A DNA stretch of 64,000 nt. It comes from Thermoplasmata archaeon (GTDB taxonomy: Archaea; Thermoplasmatota; Thermoplasmata; Lutacidiplasmatales; UBA184). Positions 18,947 to 29,027 of this stretch are shown here, piece after piece. The translations under genes and the position numbers were made by a program. The DNA lies in contig JBARNH010000007.1 in the NCBI GenBank assembly GCA_049802875.1, positions 67,194 to 131,193 on the forward strand, written 5' to 3'. Numbering within the stretch: the first letter of the stretch is position 1; each line of letters begins with the position of its first letter. The notes under the pieces were generated by a model. That model saw nothing but the letters and a program-made list of their open reading frames with translations, searched no databases and was not told the DNA's origin.

Positions 18947-19270
18947 ATGGTCGGGTCGAGATCGGAGTCCAAGGCTCCCCACTGCGATTTCGAGGCGACG
19001 TTCCGGCTGCTGGGTCAGAAGCACGTCCTCACCATTCTTTGGGCATTGGTGCAAAAGAGTCCCCAGAGGTTCAATGAGCTCCGGGAGAGCGTCGGGGCTA
19101 ACACGGCCACCGTTACGATTCGACTCAGACAGATGCAGAGTCTTGGGCTGGTCCAACGCGCGGTGATCCGCGTGGTCCCGCGTCGTGTGGAGTATCGACT
19201 CACCCCGATGGGGAGTGACCTCGTGCGGATCTTCCGCCCGATCGTCGAATGGCGGGAGAAGTACTCATGA
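18947..19270 (+). CDS. HxlR-family transcriptional regulator
   Basis: CDFEATFRLLGQKHVLTILWAL...YRLTPMG. The stop overlaps the MFS start (ATGA at 19267-19270). Confidence 0.7.
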   Translation: MVGSRSESKAPHCDFEATFRLLGQKHVLTILWALVQKSPQRFNELRESVGANTATVTIRLRQMQSLGLVQRAVIRVVPRRVEYRLTPMGSDLVRIFRPIVEWREKYS

Positions 19271-20790
19271 CGAAGGTTACCGACGAGTCGCCCGCGACCC
19301 CGACCATCAGCTTCGAGCTTGTGGTCACAATTGGAATCCTCCTCGCCCTCCTCATGGGAGCACTCGACCAATTCGTGGCCCTCACGGCGCTGCCGACCAT
19401 ACTCGCGCAATTTGGTCAGCTGAACGGCGGCACGTTCGTGATCAGCGCCTATGTCATCGCCTCCACGACGGCCATCCCAATCTTTGCCAAGCTCTCCGAC
19501 CTCTGGAGCCGACGCAATGTTTTCCTGGGCGGACTCGTCGTATTCATCATAGGCTCCATCTTCTCGGGACTGAGCCAGAACCTTCCCGAACTCATTCTCT
19601 TCCGAGCTGTACAGGGGTTCGGCAGCGGCGGCTTCTTCCCCGTTGGAATTGCGATCGTAGCGGTCGTATTCCCGCCGGAGACTCGTTCGAGGATCGTCGG
19701 CGCCCTCTCGGGGGTCTTCGGGATCGCGGTCGTAGCAGGACCACTCATTGGGAGCGCGATCGTTGACTACACGACCTGGCGTTGGGTGTTCTACGTGAAC
19801 ATCCCCATCGGGATCGTGGGATTCATACTGATCGCGACGACCCTTGGTCCGCTACGCCCGGAGCTGGTTCGAAAATTCGACGTCGTCGGGGCGGGACTGT
19901 TGACCGCTTGGGTCGCAGCCATCATGTTCCCCCTCTATCAAATCGTGGACGCCGGCTGGGGATGGGCGGACCCGCGGGTACTCGTTCTGCTCGGCTTGGG
20001 GGCGGTTCTCGTCGTTGCCTTCGTCCTCTGGGAGCTCCGGCAGAACAACCCGCTGGTCCCGCTGCGGCTCCTGGCTCGTCGCGTGATGGCGGCGGGTGGG
20101 GGTGCGACCTACTTCATCGGGATGGTCTTCTTTCCGGTCGCGACGTTCCTTTCGCTGGTGGTCGGTCTCGCCCTCGCTCCCGGCAACCCGAACATCGTCC
20201 GGGACATCCTCTACTATCTAGTAATCCCGCTCGTGGTCGGTGCCGCTTTCGGAGGACAGCTCCTGACCAAATTGTCGTACCGGGCGGTCGCCATCACGGG
20301 TCTCGTGATTGGGATCATCGGAATGGCGAGCCTTACTACCCTTTCCACGAGCACACCAATCTGGATCTTGGTCTTCCTTTTCATCCCCGTCGGAGGGGTG
20401 GTGCTTCCGTTAGTCCCCCTCGGTTTCGGGATCGGGATGACCTTCCCGGTCTTCCTGCTCGCCGCCCAGAATCAGGTCGGCACGGCCGATGTCGGGGAAG
20501 CGGGCGGGTTCATTCAGTTCCTCCAATCGCTAGGGGGCGCGGTCGGACTCTCGGTGCTCGCATCGTATCAAGCCACTCGGCTCGCCGCTCTCGGCCCTTC
20601 GCCGAGCTCGCTCCTCACGTCCTACGACCAGACTTTCGCTGTCATGACGGGCCTACTGGTCGTGGCGCTCCTATTCGTCCTGTTCTTGACGGGTCACATT
20701 CCCAAGGCGGTTCCCAAGCCACTCACCGCTGATTCGGCACCGGCCCATGAAGCGGTGGAATCGGCGCCCGCTCCCGTTCCGCTCCCCTGA
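19267..20790 (+). CDS. MFS transporter (DHA2-like, ~14 TM)
   Basis: Many TM helices. MFS motifs FAKLSDLWSRRNVFLGG and GFGSGGFFPVG. Translationally coupled to the hxlR-like gene. Confidence 0.8.
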   Translation: MTKVTDESPATPTISFELVVTIGILLALLMGALDQFVALTALPTILAQFGQLNGGTFVISAYVIASTTAIPIFAKLSDLWSRRNVFLGGLVVFIIGSIFSGLSQNLPELILFRAVQGFGSGGFFPVGIAIVAVVFPPETRSRIVGALSGVFGIAVVAGPLIGSAIVDYTTWRWVFYVNIPIGIVGFILIATTLGPLRPELVRKFDVVGAGLLTAWVAAIMFPLYQIVDAGWGWADPRVLVLLGLGAVLVVAFVLWELRQNNPLVPLRLLARRVMAAGGGATYFIGMVFFPVATFLSLVVGLALAPGNPNIVRDILYYLVIPLVVGAAFGGQLLTKLSYRAVAITGLVIGIIGMASLTTLSTSTPIWILVFLFIPVGGVVLPLVPLGFGIGMTFPVFLLAAQNQVGTADVGEAGGFIQFLQSLGGAVGLSVLASYQATRLAALGPSPSSLLTSYDQTFAVMTGLLVVALLFVLFLTGHIPKAVPKPLTADSAPAHEAVESAPAPVPLP

Positions 20791-20796
20791 TAGAGT

Positions 20797-20818
20797 AGGT
20801 GCGATCTGACTCGCACCT
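20797..20818. repeat. palindromic motif variant (TGCGA..TCGCA)
   Basis: AGGTGCGATCTGACTCGCACCT, 7 nt after the MFS stop. Confidence 0.5.
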
Positions 20819-20863
20819 CGCGGTGCCGAACCGGTAGTTGGAGGAGTCTCGAAACCACGAGAC

Positions 20864-22828
20864 TTACTTCGGAGCCTGAACGGGTCGGCCGTACGTCGAC
20901 ATGAGCTCCACGAATCTTCGGTCCCTCCTCGCCCCCGCGAACAGGGGGGACATGCGGAGCCGAGCGGCCTGCATCGTATGCGCTTTCGCCGTGGCAAACA
21001 TGACCTCGAAGAAACGGTCGAGATCGCCCAGTGCAAAGAAGATGAACCCGACCGACGATTGGCGCGCGTACCCCTCGCGAGAAGTTTCCTGAAGCCTCTC
21101 GATCATCTTCATGGCCGTCGGACGATCCCCCCGCAGCGCCGACAGCCACCCGCGGCAGAGGAGGGCGAGGTCGCTCGATGGAGCGAGTCGTTCCAACTCC
21201 TTCACCATCAGTTCCGCCTGATCGAAATCTCCCTTCAACATGTAGTACTCGACCATTCCACGGTGGGAATCCAGCGGGGCCTGCTCCATCGTCTTCCTCC
21301 AGTGGGCCAGAGCCTCCTCCAGCCGACCCGAGAAGAAGTAGGCGTTCCCCAGGGATCGGATCGTCTGCGGCGAAAGAGGGTCCAGCCGGTACGCCTCCTC
21401 GCTCTCGGTGGCGTACGCCTCCGCGATTGCGAGGGATCCCGCCAGCGCTGACAATATGATATGCGCCTGAGCCAAGTTGGGATTCAACTCGAGCGCCTTT
21501 CGCACTTCGCGGTCGAGGATGTCGGCCGGCTCGTCGGCCATGAATGCGATCTCGGCCCGTAGCGCATGAGCTTCAGCCAGATACGGCTCAATTGCTATCG
21601 CCTTCTCGGTTGCCGCCCGACCGAGATTGCAGGCGTCGAGCCATGACATAAAATCCTCCCTTCCGAGCTCGATGTACGCACGTGCCGTGCCCGCATAGGC
21701 TCGCGCAAACGTCGGGTCGGTCTGAAGTGCCTTTTTGAAGAATTCGAGAGAACGACGCAACGAATCCTCGTCGGTCCTCCACATTAGCGCCTGGCCCTGA
21801 AGGTAGAGAAGGTAGGCTTCCGTTTCAGTGGGTTTCGCGAGCTCGTGAATCGGGCTCCTCTCCCTCTTCAACCCTCCAGGGAGGGCAGTGGAGACCTTCG
21901 TTGCGATGTCTCCTTGCACAGCGAAGATGTCGTCGAGGTCGTCGTCGTACTTCGCCGTCCAAATATGTTCTTGGGAATCCACGTCGATTACCTGGACCGT
22001 CACACGGATTCGGTTTGCGGATCTGCGAACGCTTCCCTCCACGACCGTCCCAACCCCGAGCTCCTTTCCGATCATGGCTACGGACTTCTCTGTCTTCTTG
22101 TAGCCGATGACCGACGTCCGAGCGATCACCTTCAGGCCCGGCACGAGAGAGAGACTCGCAATCAGTTCCTCGGTGAGCCCATCGGCGAAATATTCGTCCG
22201 AGGGGTCAGGGCTAATGTTAGCGAACGGAAGGACTGCGAGACGGCTTTTGTCGGCGGAACGCGACTCGTCAACGACTTGTTCGCTGTTGTTGTTTATCCA
22301 GGGAAAAAGCACCCGATAGACGTCGACCGGAACTTCGATCCCCTTCAACGCTTTCGGCGGAAGCTTCTCGAACCTGTCAGCAACCTTGGATCGAACCTGA
22401 TCGTAGATGGCGCTGGAAACGCACACTCCACCGGGCTCGGCAAGGGGTTCGATTCGGGCTGCGATGTTCACTGCATCTCCGAGGATGTCGCCCCCGTTTT
22501 GGACCACGTCCCCTAGATGGACTCCGATTCGAATTCGGATGGGTGTCTGACCACCTTCGGAATTCCGGTCGTTTATCCGGCGCTGGATGTTCACCGCGCA
22601 TTGAACGGCCTTAAGCGCGCTGTCGAATTCCACGAGGAAGCCGTCACCCGTCGACTTGATTTCTCGACCCTGGTGGAGTGCGAGCAGTGGTCGAAGCAAT
22701 TCAGCCTGCTGGCGCAACACATCTAGGGTACGACCTTCGTTCGCCTGGGTGGACGCCGTGAACCCAACAGTGTCGGTGAACATGACGGCGGCGAGGCGGC
22801 GGCCCTGTTCCACGAACGTCGGAAGCAC
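20864..22828 (-). CDS. class III adenylate/guanylate cyclase with C-terminal TPR-repeat region
   Basis: N-terminal CHD domain (AVMFTDTVGFT...KSTGDGFLVEF...GVHLGDVV...AVNIAARIE), followed by ~400 aa of TPR-like helical repeats. Confidence 0.75.
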   Translation of the reverse strand: MLPTFVEQGRRLAAVMFTDTVGFTASTQANEGRTLDVLRQQAELLRPLLALHQGREIKSTGDGFLVEFDSALKAVQCAVNIQRRINDRNSEGGQTPIRIRIGVHLGDVVQNGGDILGDAVNIAARIEPLAEPGGVCVSSAIYDQVRSKVADRFEKLPPKALKGIEVPVDVYRVLFPWINNNSEQVVDESRSADKSRLAVLPFANISPDPSDEYFADGLTEELIASLSLVPGLKVIARTSVIGYKKTEKSVAMIGKELGVGTVVEGSVRRSANRIRVTVQVIDVDSQEHIWTAKYDDDLDDIFAVQGDIATKVSTALPGGLKRERSPIHELAKPTETEAYLLYLQGQALMWRTDEDSLRRSLEFFKKALQTDPTFARAYAGTARAYIELGREDFMSWLDACNLGRAATEKAIAIEPYLAEAHALRAEIAFMADEPADILDREVRKALELNPNLAQAHIILSALAGSLAIAEAYATESEEAYRLDPLSPQTIRSLGNAYFFSGRLEEALAHWRKTMEQAPLDSHRGMVEYYMLKGDFDQAELMVKELERLAPSSDLALLCRGWLSALRGDRPTAMKMIERLQETSREGYARQSSVGFIFFALGDLDRFFEVMFATAKAHTMQAARLRMSPLFAGARRDRRFVELMSTYGRPVQAPK

Positions 22829-22894
22829 CCGGCCCCTTAAACCTGCGTGCGAGAGATCGACCTGGGTCTGACCACCTCTTTATTCGCGAGCGCA

Positions 22895-22915
22895 GTTGTA
22901 AGGGTACTTGCACCC
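22895..22915. repeat. GGTGCAA-N6-TTGCACC family palindromic motif
   Basis: GTTGTAAGGGTACTTGCACCC. Confidence 0.5.
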
Positions 22916-22929
22916 CCGGACTCCTTTGA

Positions 22930-23418
22930 TTATTTCAGTTTCGAGACTCTGCTCCAGATCACCTCGGCGGCGACTTGGCGACCGCCGGCGAGAACGGATT
23001 TTGTCTTCATATTGAGCCGATCCCCGATGAGCACGTAGGGACGCTCCTCGTCCTGACCGACCCAGTTTGGAAACAGAGAGGTCTTGATGTGAATGAGGAG
23101 CCGATCGCCTCGGTGCTCCCACGTACCCGAGTACGCGGAGTATCCCTGCATCGCCCCGGCCTTTTCAACTAAGGTTGACCCAAACACGTCACCCGAGGGA
23201 AAGGAGGGTCTGCGGGGATCCATCACCTGAAGTGAGAAGTAACCGTCCGCTGAAATTACCATTAGCCCGGCAGGGTTGGGACCGAAGGGCTGGATGGTTT
23301 GGCCAGATTCGCTGCGAAACTCGACGGAGACTAACGCCCAGATCCCCACCACCGAATCCGGCATCCCGCTCGGAAGGGGTCCAGCTGAATAAGGCATCTT
23401 CGAGCCGGCGACTGGCAA
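22930..23418 (-). CDS. lipocalin-like domain protein (hypothetical)
   Basis: 162 aa with a G-x-W-x-L-V-S...DGY pattern (VVGIWALVSVEF...ISADGYFSLQV), as in lipocalin-like (PF13924-type) proteins. Confidence 0.5.
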   Translation of the reverse strand: MPVAGSKMPYSAGPLPSGMPDSVVGIWALVSVEFRSESGQTIQPFGPNPAGLMVISADGYFSLQVMDPRRPSFPSGDVFGSTLVEKAGAMQGYSAYSGTWEHRGDRLLIHIKTSLFPNWVGQDEERPYVLIGDRLNMKTKSVLAGGRQVAAEVIWSRVSKLK

Positions 23419-23541
23419 GAGGTGATGGGTGGCTGAGCGCGGAACCGCTTTCAGCAGTGTCCGGCCCCAAATTCATCTCACCATGTTCGCCCTTACGATC
23501 CATACGCTCCGTTCGTCGAGGGCAGAGTCGACGCGACAGGT

Positions 23542-23561
23542 GGGTGCAATCGACATTGCAC
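23542..23561. repeat. GGTGCAA-N6-TTGCACC family palindromic motif
   Basis: GGGTGCAATCGACATTGCAC. Confidence 0.65.
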
Positions 23562-23620
23562 GGAGAAGGGCAAGCAGCCTGCGTGGTCGACGCGTTTTTG
23601 GCGGTCGTGCGAGCCGACGC

Positions 23621-24001
23621 TTAGACTTTCGGAATCGGGGAGGAGAACCACCATTCGTTCTCCCACTTGTCCTTCACGCCACCCCTCCGGAGACCGTCGG
23701 GGGAGTCGATCGGCGGACGTACCTGTGTAGCTCCCGCGTCCAGGGCGCGACGGTGGGCCGCGTCAGAGTCCTGCACATAGAGATGAAGCATCGCGGGGAA
23801 CGGGCTCCGGCCCTGCGGTGCTTCACCGACCATTACGAATCCATCCTCGATCTGTATCTCGGCATGAGCGATTCGACCGTCACGGTCAGCCTCCTTGAAT
23901 GACAATTTACCGCCGATTGCTTTCTCGATGAACGCAATCAAGCCAGGGGCGTCTCGGGCCAGAATGTAGGGGGCGAGTTTCGGAGTCAGGATCGGTTCCA
24001 T
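23621..24001 (-). CDS. VOC-family (glyoxalase/bleomycin-resistance, PhnB-like) protein
   Basis: 126 aa: LAPYILARDAPGLIAFIEKAIGG...HAEIQIEDGFVMVGEA, a typical PhnB-like VOC pattern. Confidence 0.65.
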   Translation of the reverse strand: MEPILTPKLAPYILARDAPGLIAFIEKAIGGKLSFKEADRDGRIAHAEIQIEDGFVMVGEAPQGRSPFPAMLHLYVQDSDAAHRRALDAGATQVRPPIDSPDGLRRGGVKDKWENEWWFSSPIPKV

Positions 24002-24339
24002 GACGCACGGAGGCTGAGGCGGGTTTTATGTCTACCCTTGTCGGGAGACAAGCCAAGACCGGCTCAGAAGGATCCCTTTGCCGGCGGGCGTGTGCTCTTT
24101 GATTACTTGACCTTCTTCTAACGGGGGGGTTGAGTAAGGACCTGTATATCGCCGCCGGGTTGAGCTAGCCGAATGTCACGTTAGTACAACGCATCGCGGA
24201 CCCGGCTGGCCCCAGTCGACGCTGTACCCAAGCTGGGTGAAACCGCGATCGCGTCCCCGGGGGGCCCTCTCTCCGAGCCCGTTTCAGCCAACGGCCCAGA
24301 TGCCCCGATAGCAGACTGCGGACACACATATGTCATCGC

Positions 24340-24347
24340 TTATATAT
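24340..24347 (+). promoter_or_regulatory. TATA-box-like element (TTATATAT) upstream of the arsR-like gene
   Basis: An AT-rich octamer ~25-35 bp upstream of candidate start codons (GTG 24369 or ATG 24384). This is archaeal-type spacing. Confidence 0.45.
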
Positions 24348-24383
24348 TATTCAACATATGCCTCGATCGTGCCCACTCCGGGA

Positions 24384-24722
24384 ATGGCCTTCGAGGTCCT
24401 GTCAGATCCGACACGACTCCGTATTGTTGAACAGCTCCGGTGCGGCGAGCGGTCGGTAGGCACTCTCGTCTCTACGCTCTCCGTCTGCCAACCCGGGATC
24501 TCGCGCCACCTTCGGATTCTTCACGACCGCGGATTCGTTCGAGTCCGCGCCGACGGCCAGCGACGACTGTACTCCTTGCGGCCGCAACCTTTCCGGGATA
24601 TCGATCGGTGGATGAACGACTATCGCGACCTCGTTGAGGACCGCTTGGATCGGCTCGAGCAGCTGGTCGAATCTGACCGGTCGAAATCACACTCCCCTAA
24701 GCGAGAACCGCGGAGGGGCTGA
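24384..24722 (+). CDS. ArsR/SmtB-family transcriptional regulator
   Basis: FEVLSDPTRLRIVEQLRCGERSVGTLVSTLSVCQPGISRHLRILHDRGFV (HTH ArsR). Alternative starts at 24330 or 24369. Confidence 0.75.
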   Translation: MAFEVLSDPTRLRIVEQLRCGERSVGTLVSTLSVCQPGISRHLRILHDRGFVRVRADGQRRLYSLRPQPFRDIDRWMNDYRDLVEDRLDRLEQLVESDRSKSHSPKREPRRG

Positions 24723-24725
24723 ACG

Positions 24726-25253
24726 ATGTCAGCAGCCAGTAGTGACCGCAGACGCCCCCATGAGCCGATCACGTTCTCCCGTCCCAGCCCGGTGGACAGG
24801 GAAGTGACCCGGGTATTCCGAGCTCCGATCGAACGAGTTTTTCACCTGTTCACGGACCCCGCGACACTCCCCTACGTGATGGCGCCAGACCATCGCGCGG
24901 TCACGATCGAGCAGCTCGAGTTTCGTAAGGGAGGAAAGTACTCAATCCGGGTCATGCAAACCGATGGTTCGTCGATACGGGTCCACGGGGAGTACCGGGA
25001 AGTGGACCCTCCCCGCCGAGTAGTCAACACATTCGAGGTTGACACGTTGCCCGGCTTTTCGGCGTTAGAGACCGATGAGTTCGAGCCGGTGGGCGATTTC
25101 ACCCGCCTGACCGTCCGGTGGAAGTACCAGCGACCGGAAGACGTGGCCAAGATGGCCGGCCCCTCGCTGGAACGGGCAGTCACCACAATGTGGGAGACCG
25201 TTGACGACCTCCTCGAGAATGGGCTGCCGACGGCGACCCCTACCGAGGCGTGA
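24726..25253 (+). CDS. SRPBCC-family protein (AHSA1-like), partner of ArsR
   Basis: 175 aa. Its start is 3 nt after the arsR stop. The ArsR-Aha1-domain gene pair is a common arrangement. Confidence 0.7.
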   Translation: MSAASSDRRRPHEPITFSRPSPVDREVTRVFRAPIERVFHLFTDPATLPYVMAPDHRAVTIEQLEFRKGGKYSIRVMQTDGSSIRVHGEYREVDPPRRVVNTFEVDTLPGFSALETDEFEPVGDFTRLTVRWKYQRPEDVAKMAGPSLERAVTTMWETVDDLLENGLPTATPTEA

Positions 25254-25263
25254 GGGAAGGTCC

Positions 25264-25887
25264 ATGACGCGAAAGATCACCGCGAATCTCTTCATGAGCA
25301 TCGACGGCCGCGGCGGGTTCCCCGACTACATTGGCTCCGCCCGACCACCGAGTGATCCCAACGAGCTCACCGACCTCTGGCGGGAGTTCTGGTTCAAGCG
25401 GTTTGACGATGTGACCACGGTCATCATGGGCCGACGGTCCTTTCTGGGCCACCGAAAGGTCTGGAGCGAAAGGGCTCGGAAGAAGGGCGACCCTCAGTAC
25501 ATGTGGGATTACTCGCGCTACATGGACAGGGTCGAGAAGATTTGCCTGTCAAATCGCTTGAAGTCGACGGACTGGGAGAACACCCGGATCATGAAGGGTG
25601 ACCTTTCCGAGATCGTTGCGAAGCTGAAGCGCGAGAAGGGCGGGAACATCATCGCGGAGGGGGGCCCGCGGCTCATCCAGGAGTTCATGCGGCATCAGTT
25701 GGCCGACGATTACTGGATGGTCGTGCAGCCGGTGGTCTGGGGCCAGGGTCCCCAGTACTGGGGTGCCATGAAGAAACAGCTCACCCTCAAGCTCCTCTGG
25801 TCGAAGGTCCTGGAGGACGGAGAATTGATCCTCCACTACGAGACGGTCCGAAAGAAACTGACGAAGCGGGACCTCGAGGGGGCGTAG
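25264..25887 (+). CDS. dihydrofolate-reductase-family protein (RibD C-terminal domain-like)
   Basis: MTRKITANLFMSIDGRGGF...GRRSF...GGNIIAEGGPRLIQEF. The ORF-track ORF starts at 25201; the ATG at 25264 is preferred. Confidence 0.7.
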   Translation: MTRKITANLFMSIDGRGGFPDYIGSARPPSDPNELTDLWREFWFKRFDDVTTVIMGRRSFLGHRKVWSERARKKGDPQYMWDYSRYMDRVEKICLSNRLKSTDWENTRIMKGDLSEIVAKLKREKGGNIIAEGGPRLIQEFMRHQLADDYWMVVQPVVWGQGPQYWGAMKKQLTLKLLWSKVLEDGELILHYETVRKKLTKRDLEGA

Positions 25888-25933
25888 GCACCGCACTCGC
25901 ACTGAACCTGCTTTGGCAGTCGCTGGCCTGTGC

Positions 25934-25955
25934 GGGTGCAACTGACATTTCACCC
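25934..25955. repeat. GGTGCAA-N6-TTGCACC family palindromic motif
   Basis: GGGTGCAACTGACATTTCACCC, plus a half-site GATTGCACGG at 25971. Confidence 0.55.
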
Positions 25956-26142
25956 ACAGGTTCCAATGGAGATTGCACGGGCCCCAGGAGAAATCATCCG
26001 CTGCCTGGCACAGTAGAGAAACGACTATTCCGGTGCCATCCAGCCGTCGGCCGGGAGTAAGCGGTCGGTCTCGAAAACTCGGGCTACGGCGATAGGACGC
26101 CGTGTAACCCTTCACTAGCGTTGGTCCCAGAATGCCACAGGC

Positions 26143-26700
26143 TTGAGGGTGTACGAGAGAATACGCGAGTTGATCCGCTCCGAAGGAAATGTGCCCGACG
26201 CCACCGAATCACGTACACGCACGGTTCTATGGCAGGACCCGGCACGGTTTGAAGAGCCAATCCGGAGACTCAGCGGCATCGAGTTCATGCGCGCATTCCT
26301 CGCGGGTGGCCTGCCTCCACCCCCGTTCATGCAACTTCTCGGAGTCCGGATCGTATCGGTAGAACCCTCGTCCGTTGCATTCGAGTTCGATCCTGCCGAG
26401 TACATGTACAGCCCACTGGGAAAGGTCCATGGTGGGATTATCACGCTGCTCCTGGACACCGCGATGGGATGTTCGTTTCACACTACCCTCCCGGCTGCGA
26501 GCGGGTACACCACACTCGAGCTGAAATGCAACTTCCTGAGGGCGGTAACCGTCAAAGTTGGTGCGCTACGTGCCGAAGGGCGCGTGATTCACGCGGGCAC
26601 GCGAGTGGCCACAGCAGAGGCTCGACTCGTGGACTCGCGACAGCGATCATATGCGCACGCCACCTCAACATTGTTGGTTCTTGGTCCGGACTCAAGGTGA
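26143..26700 (+). CDS. PaaI/hotdog-fold thioesterase family protein
   Basis: PLGKVHGGIITLLLDTAMGCSFHT...LELKCNFLRAV...AEGRVIHAGTRVATAEARL. It has a paralog at 35538..36047. Confidence 0.7.
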   Translation: MRVYERIRELIRSEGNVPDATESRTRTVLWQDPARFEEPIRRLSGIEFMRAFLAGGLPPPPFMQLLGVRIVSVEPSSVAFEFDPAEYMYSPLGKVHGGIITLLLDTAMGCSFHTTLPAASGYTTLELKCNFLRAVTVKVGALRAEGRVIHAGTRVATAEARLVDSRQRSYAHATSTLLVLGPDSR

Positions 26701-26727
26701 ACTAGACCTAGATCCGACTACTGGGCT

Positions 26728-26748
26728 GAGTGCTACGCGACTCGCACC
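26728..26748. repeat. palindromic motif variant (TGCTA..TCGCA)
   Basis: GAGTGCTACGCGACTCGCACC. Confidence 0.4.
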
Positions 26749-26787
26749 TTATGCTTCCACCCTAGGGCGGACTACTGCGCGCCCCAC

Positions 26788-27066
26788 TTAGTGCGGTGGT
26801 GCCGAAGGTGATGCGGCCTGTTGCTCCCCCGCCTTCGCCTGCTTCGGGAAGTATCGGTAGACGAGGTAGGCGAGGATGGCAACATAGAGGATCACACCTC
26901 CCACTATGGCGAGCGCCACGTTTTCCCAGACACGGGAGGTCCCGACGTCTTGAAGGTATCCAAGCAGTCCGGACAGGACTATGGTAAAGACGAGCCCAAG
27001 ACTAATCTGAAGCGCGCCGGGACGACGCCGATAGAAAACGGCCGAGATTAGCCCTGGCAGGATCAT
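26788..27066 (-). CDS. small membrane protein (2 TM), hypothetical
   Basis: 92 aa with two hydrophobic helices. Confidence 0.4.
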   Translation of the reverse strand: MILPGLISAVFYRRRPGALQISLGLVFTIVLSGLLGYLQDVGTSRVWENVALAIVGGVILYVAILAYLVYRYFPKQAKAGEQQAASPSAPPH

Positions 27067-27250
27067 TGGTCACCGCAGTCCCCGCCGACTACTAAACGAG
27101 CTTGGGCCAAGATTAGAACGATGTGGGCACCCGGAAAACTACGGCTGCCCGTTACGATGGTGGGTGGGTGCATCGCCCCTCCTGCCCGACGAGGGAACGG
27201 AAGAGTCGCTACCTGAGGGATGGAAGGCACCCGCGATAAAGCCACGAAGG

Positions 27251-28846
27251 TCAGCGCGCAAACCGGCTGAAAAAGCTCTCAGGCTTCCAGGAGGGCCGAT
27301 CGTCCGAGTCCGCGACCTTCAAGACGAGCTTGCGCTGCAGGTCAATGAATCGCGCGACCGCCGCTGAATCGACGGGCTGTTTCGCGTCATCCGCCGGGCT
27401 GTGATACCGGACCAACGTCCACTCGTGCGCGAGCTTTTCCTCGGGGGACCCTGGGGAGTATCCGATTCCCGGAAACAGCGCCGGGACTCCCCGCTTGATG
27501 AAGTTGTACTGATCACTTCGGATGAACAGCACGCGGTCGGGGTCGTACGAGGGGTGAACCTCGACCCCCGCCTCGGCGGCGAGTGCTCGAATATCGTCAC
27601 CGAGAGTTGACTCCTCCACCCCGAGCACTTCAAGCGCCCGCATCGGGAAGTTCGACCAAACTCCGTCGATGTTGACATTGGCGACCAGAGGCCCCGACAC
27701 CGTAGGGTGCGCGGCGAAGTACTCGGAACCGAGGAGATGCTTCTCTTCCCCCGTCAGCGCGAGGAAAAGGGTGGACCGTCGAGGGCTAGCACCCGAGTCG
27801 TGGATCGTCCGAGCGATCTCGAGTATCGAAGCCACTCCCGAGGCGTTGTCGATTGCACCGTGGTAGACTGGGTCGCCATTGACCGGGGTGCCGATGCCCA
27901 AGTGGTCGAGGTGCGCGCTGACGACAACGTATTCGTTCCTCAGCTGAGGGTCGCTCCCCGGCAATACTCCCACGACATTGTGGCACTTCGCTGTTCCTTC
28001 GGTAAATCCAACTCGCACCCGGATCCGGATGGCCAGCGGAAACCGTGGCAAGGGTGCCTTCGTGCCGAGCCCTGCCGCGATTTCCTGCCACGTGTGCCCA
28101 CTACCGTCGAACAGGGTTCCGGCCGAATCGGGATTGAAATTAATCACCACCGACAGAGGTCGGTATCCCTCGGGACCCGAGTCACTCAATTCCATTACCG
28201 GCATCAAGAGGCCCGAGACTAACCGCGGCCACGGTAGCTCGGGGATTGTAGGATTGAGAATCCTGACAAGCCCGATCGCGCCAGCCCTTCGCAGCGCGTT
28301 GGAGCGTTCCTCCGGGGATGAAAAGTGCGCCTTGATGGCGGCAGGCATGTCGGTGGGCCCACCGCTGACGAAGACCGCGAGCTTCCCATGGAGGTCGAAT
28401 CCCGAGAGATCATCGTAGTTGAGGTCAGGGACGGAGAGGCCGTATCCAACGAAGACAGCCTCGGCCTCGCACTGTTCAGCAGTCGCCGAGGTCACGACGT
28501 GACAGGCATCTTGCCCAAGAGCAACGGTGTGGACCTTTCCACCCCGTACGAACTCGAGTGAGCTGCGAGCCGGGTCGAGCTGCCTGACCAGAAAATCCAT
28601 CGATTGCAAAAACCCACGCGTCCCCGCGGGTTGCAGACCGGACGCACGGAACTGCTGGATCACGTAGTCGGCCGCGCGTGCGTAACCTTGGCTTCCGGTT
28701 TCGCGTCCCTCCATGCGGTCGTCCGCGAGCACCTCGACATGTGACCACCACCGTCGCCCGAGGGCATCCCAATCCGGGTCGCCCGAAGCTCCCGTCGGCG
28801 GCGCAATCGCGGCGAGCGAAGCCAGTACAACCGAGTTCCGCAACAT
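27251..28846 (-). CDS. M28-family Zn aminopeptidase with PA domain, secreted
   Basis: Signal peptide MLRNSVVLASLAAIAPPTGASG. M28 motifs VVVSAHLDHLGIG, HGAIDNASGVA, LALTGEEKHLLGSEYF. Confidence 0.75.
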   Translation of the reverse strand: MLRNSVVLASLAAIAPPTGASGDPDWDALGRRWWSHVEVLADDRMEGRETGSQGYARAADYVIQQFRASGLQPAGTRGFLQSMDFLVRQLDPARSSLEFVRGGKVHTVALGQDACHVVTSATAEQCEAEAVFVGYGLSVPDLNYDDLSGFDLHGKLAVFVSGGPTDMPAAIKAHFSSPEERSNALRRAGAIGLVRILNPTIPELPWPRLVSGLLMPVMELSDSGPEGYRPLSVVINFNPDSAGTLFDGSGHTWQEIAAGLGTKAPLPRFPLAIRIRVRVGFTEGTAKCHNVVGVLPGSDPQLRNEYVVVSAHLDHLGIGTPVNGDPVYHGAIDNASGVASILEIARTIHDSGASPRRSTLFLALTGEEKHLLGSEYFAAHPTVSGPLVANVNIDGVWSNFPMRALEVLGVEESTLGDDIRALAAEAGVEVHPSYDPDRVLFIRSDQYNFIKRGVPALFPGIGYSPGSPEEKLAHEWTLVRYHSPADDAKQPVDSAAVARFIDLQRKLVLKVADSDDRPSWKPESFFSRFAR

Positions 28847-29005
28847 TGTCAGATATCCCCGAGATTTGCCCTCAGGTCACGCGCCTCGTGGCGGTGGGAG
28901 AGAACGTCCTACACAAAAGACCCGCCCACGGATCTCGGAGCGCACCCGACCTGCAGGTTCCCGAGATCCAGGAGGTGAGACAAGTCGACGGATGGAACCA
29001 CGCCG

Positions 29006-29027
29006 CACTCGGTGTGGGGTCAACTGA
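29006..29027. repeat. GGTGCAA-N6-TTGCACC family palindromic motif
   Basis: GGGGTCAACTGACATTGCACCC. Confidence 0.55.
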
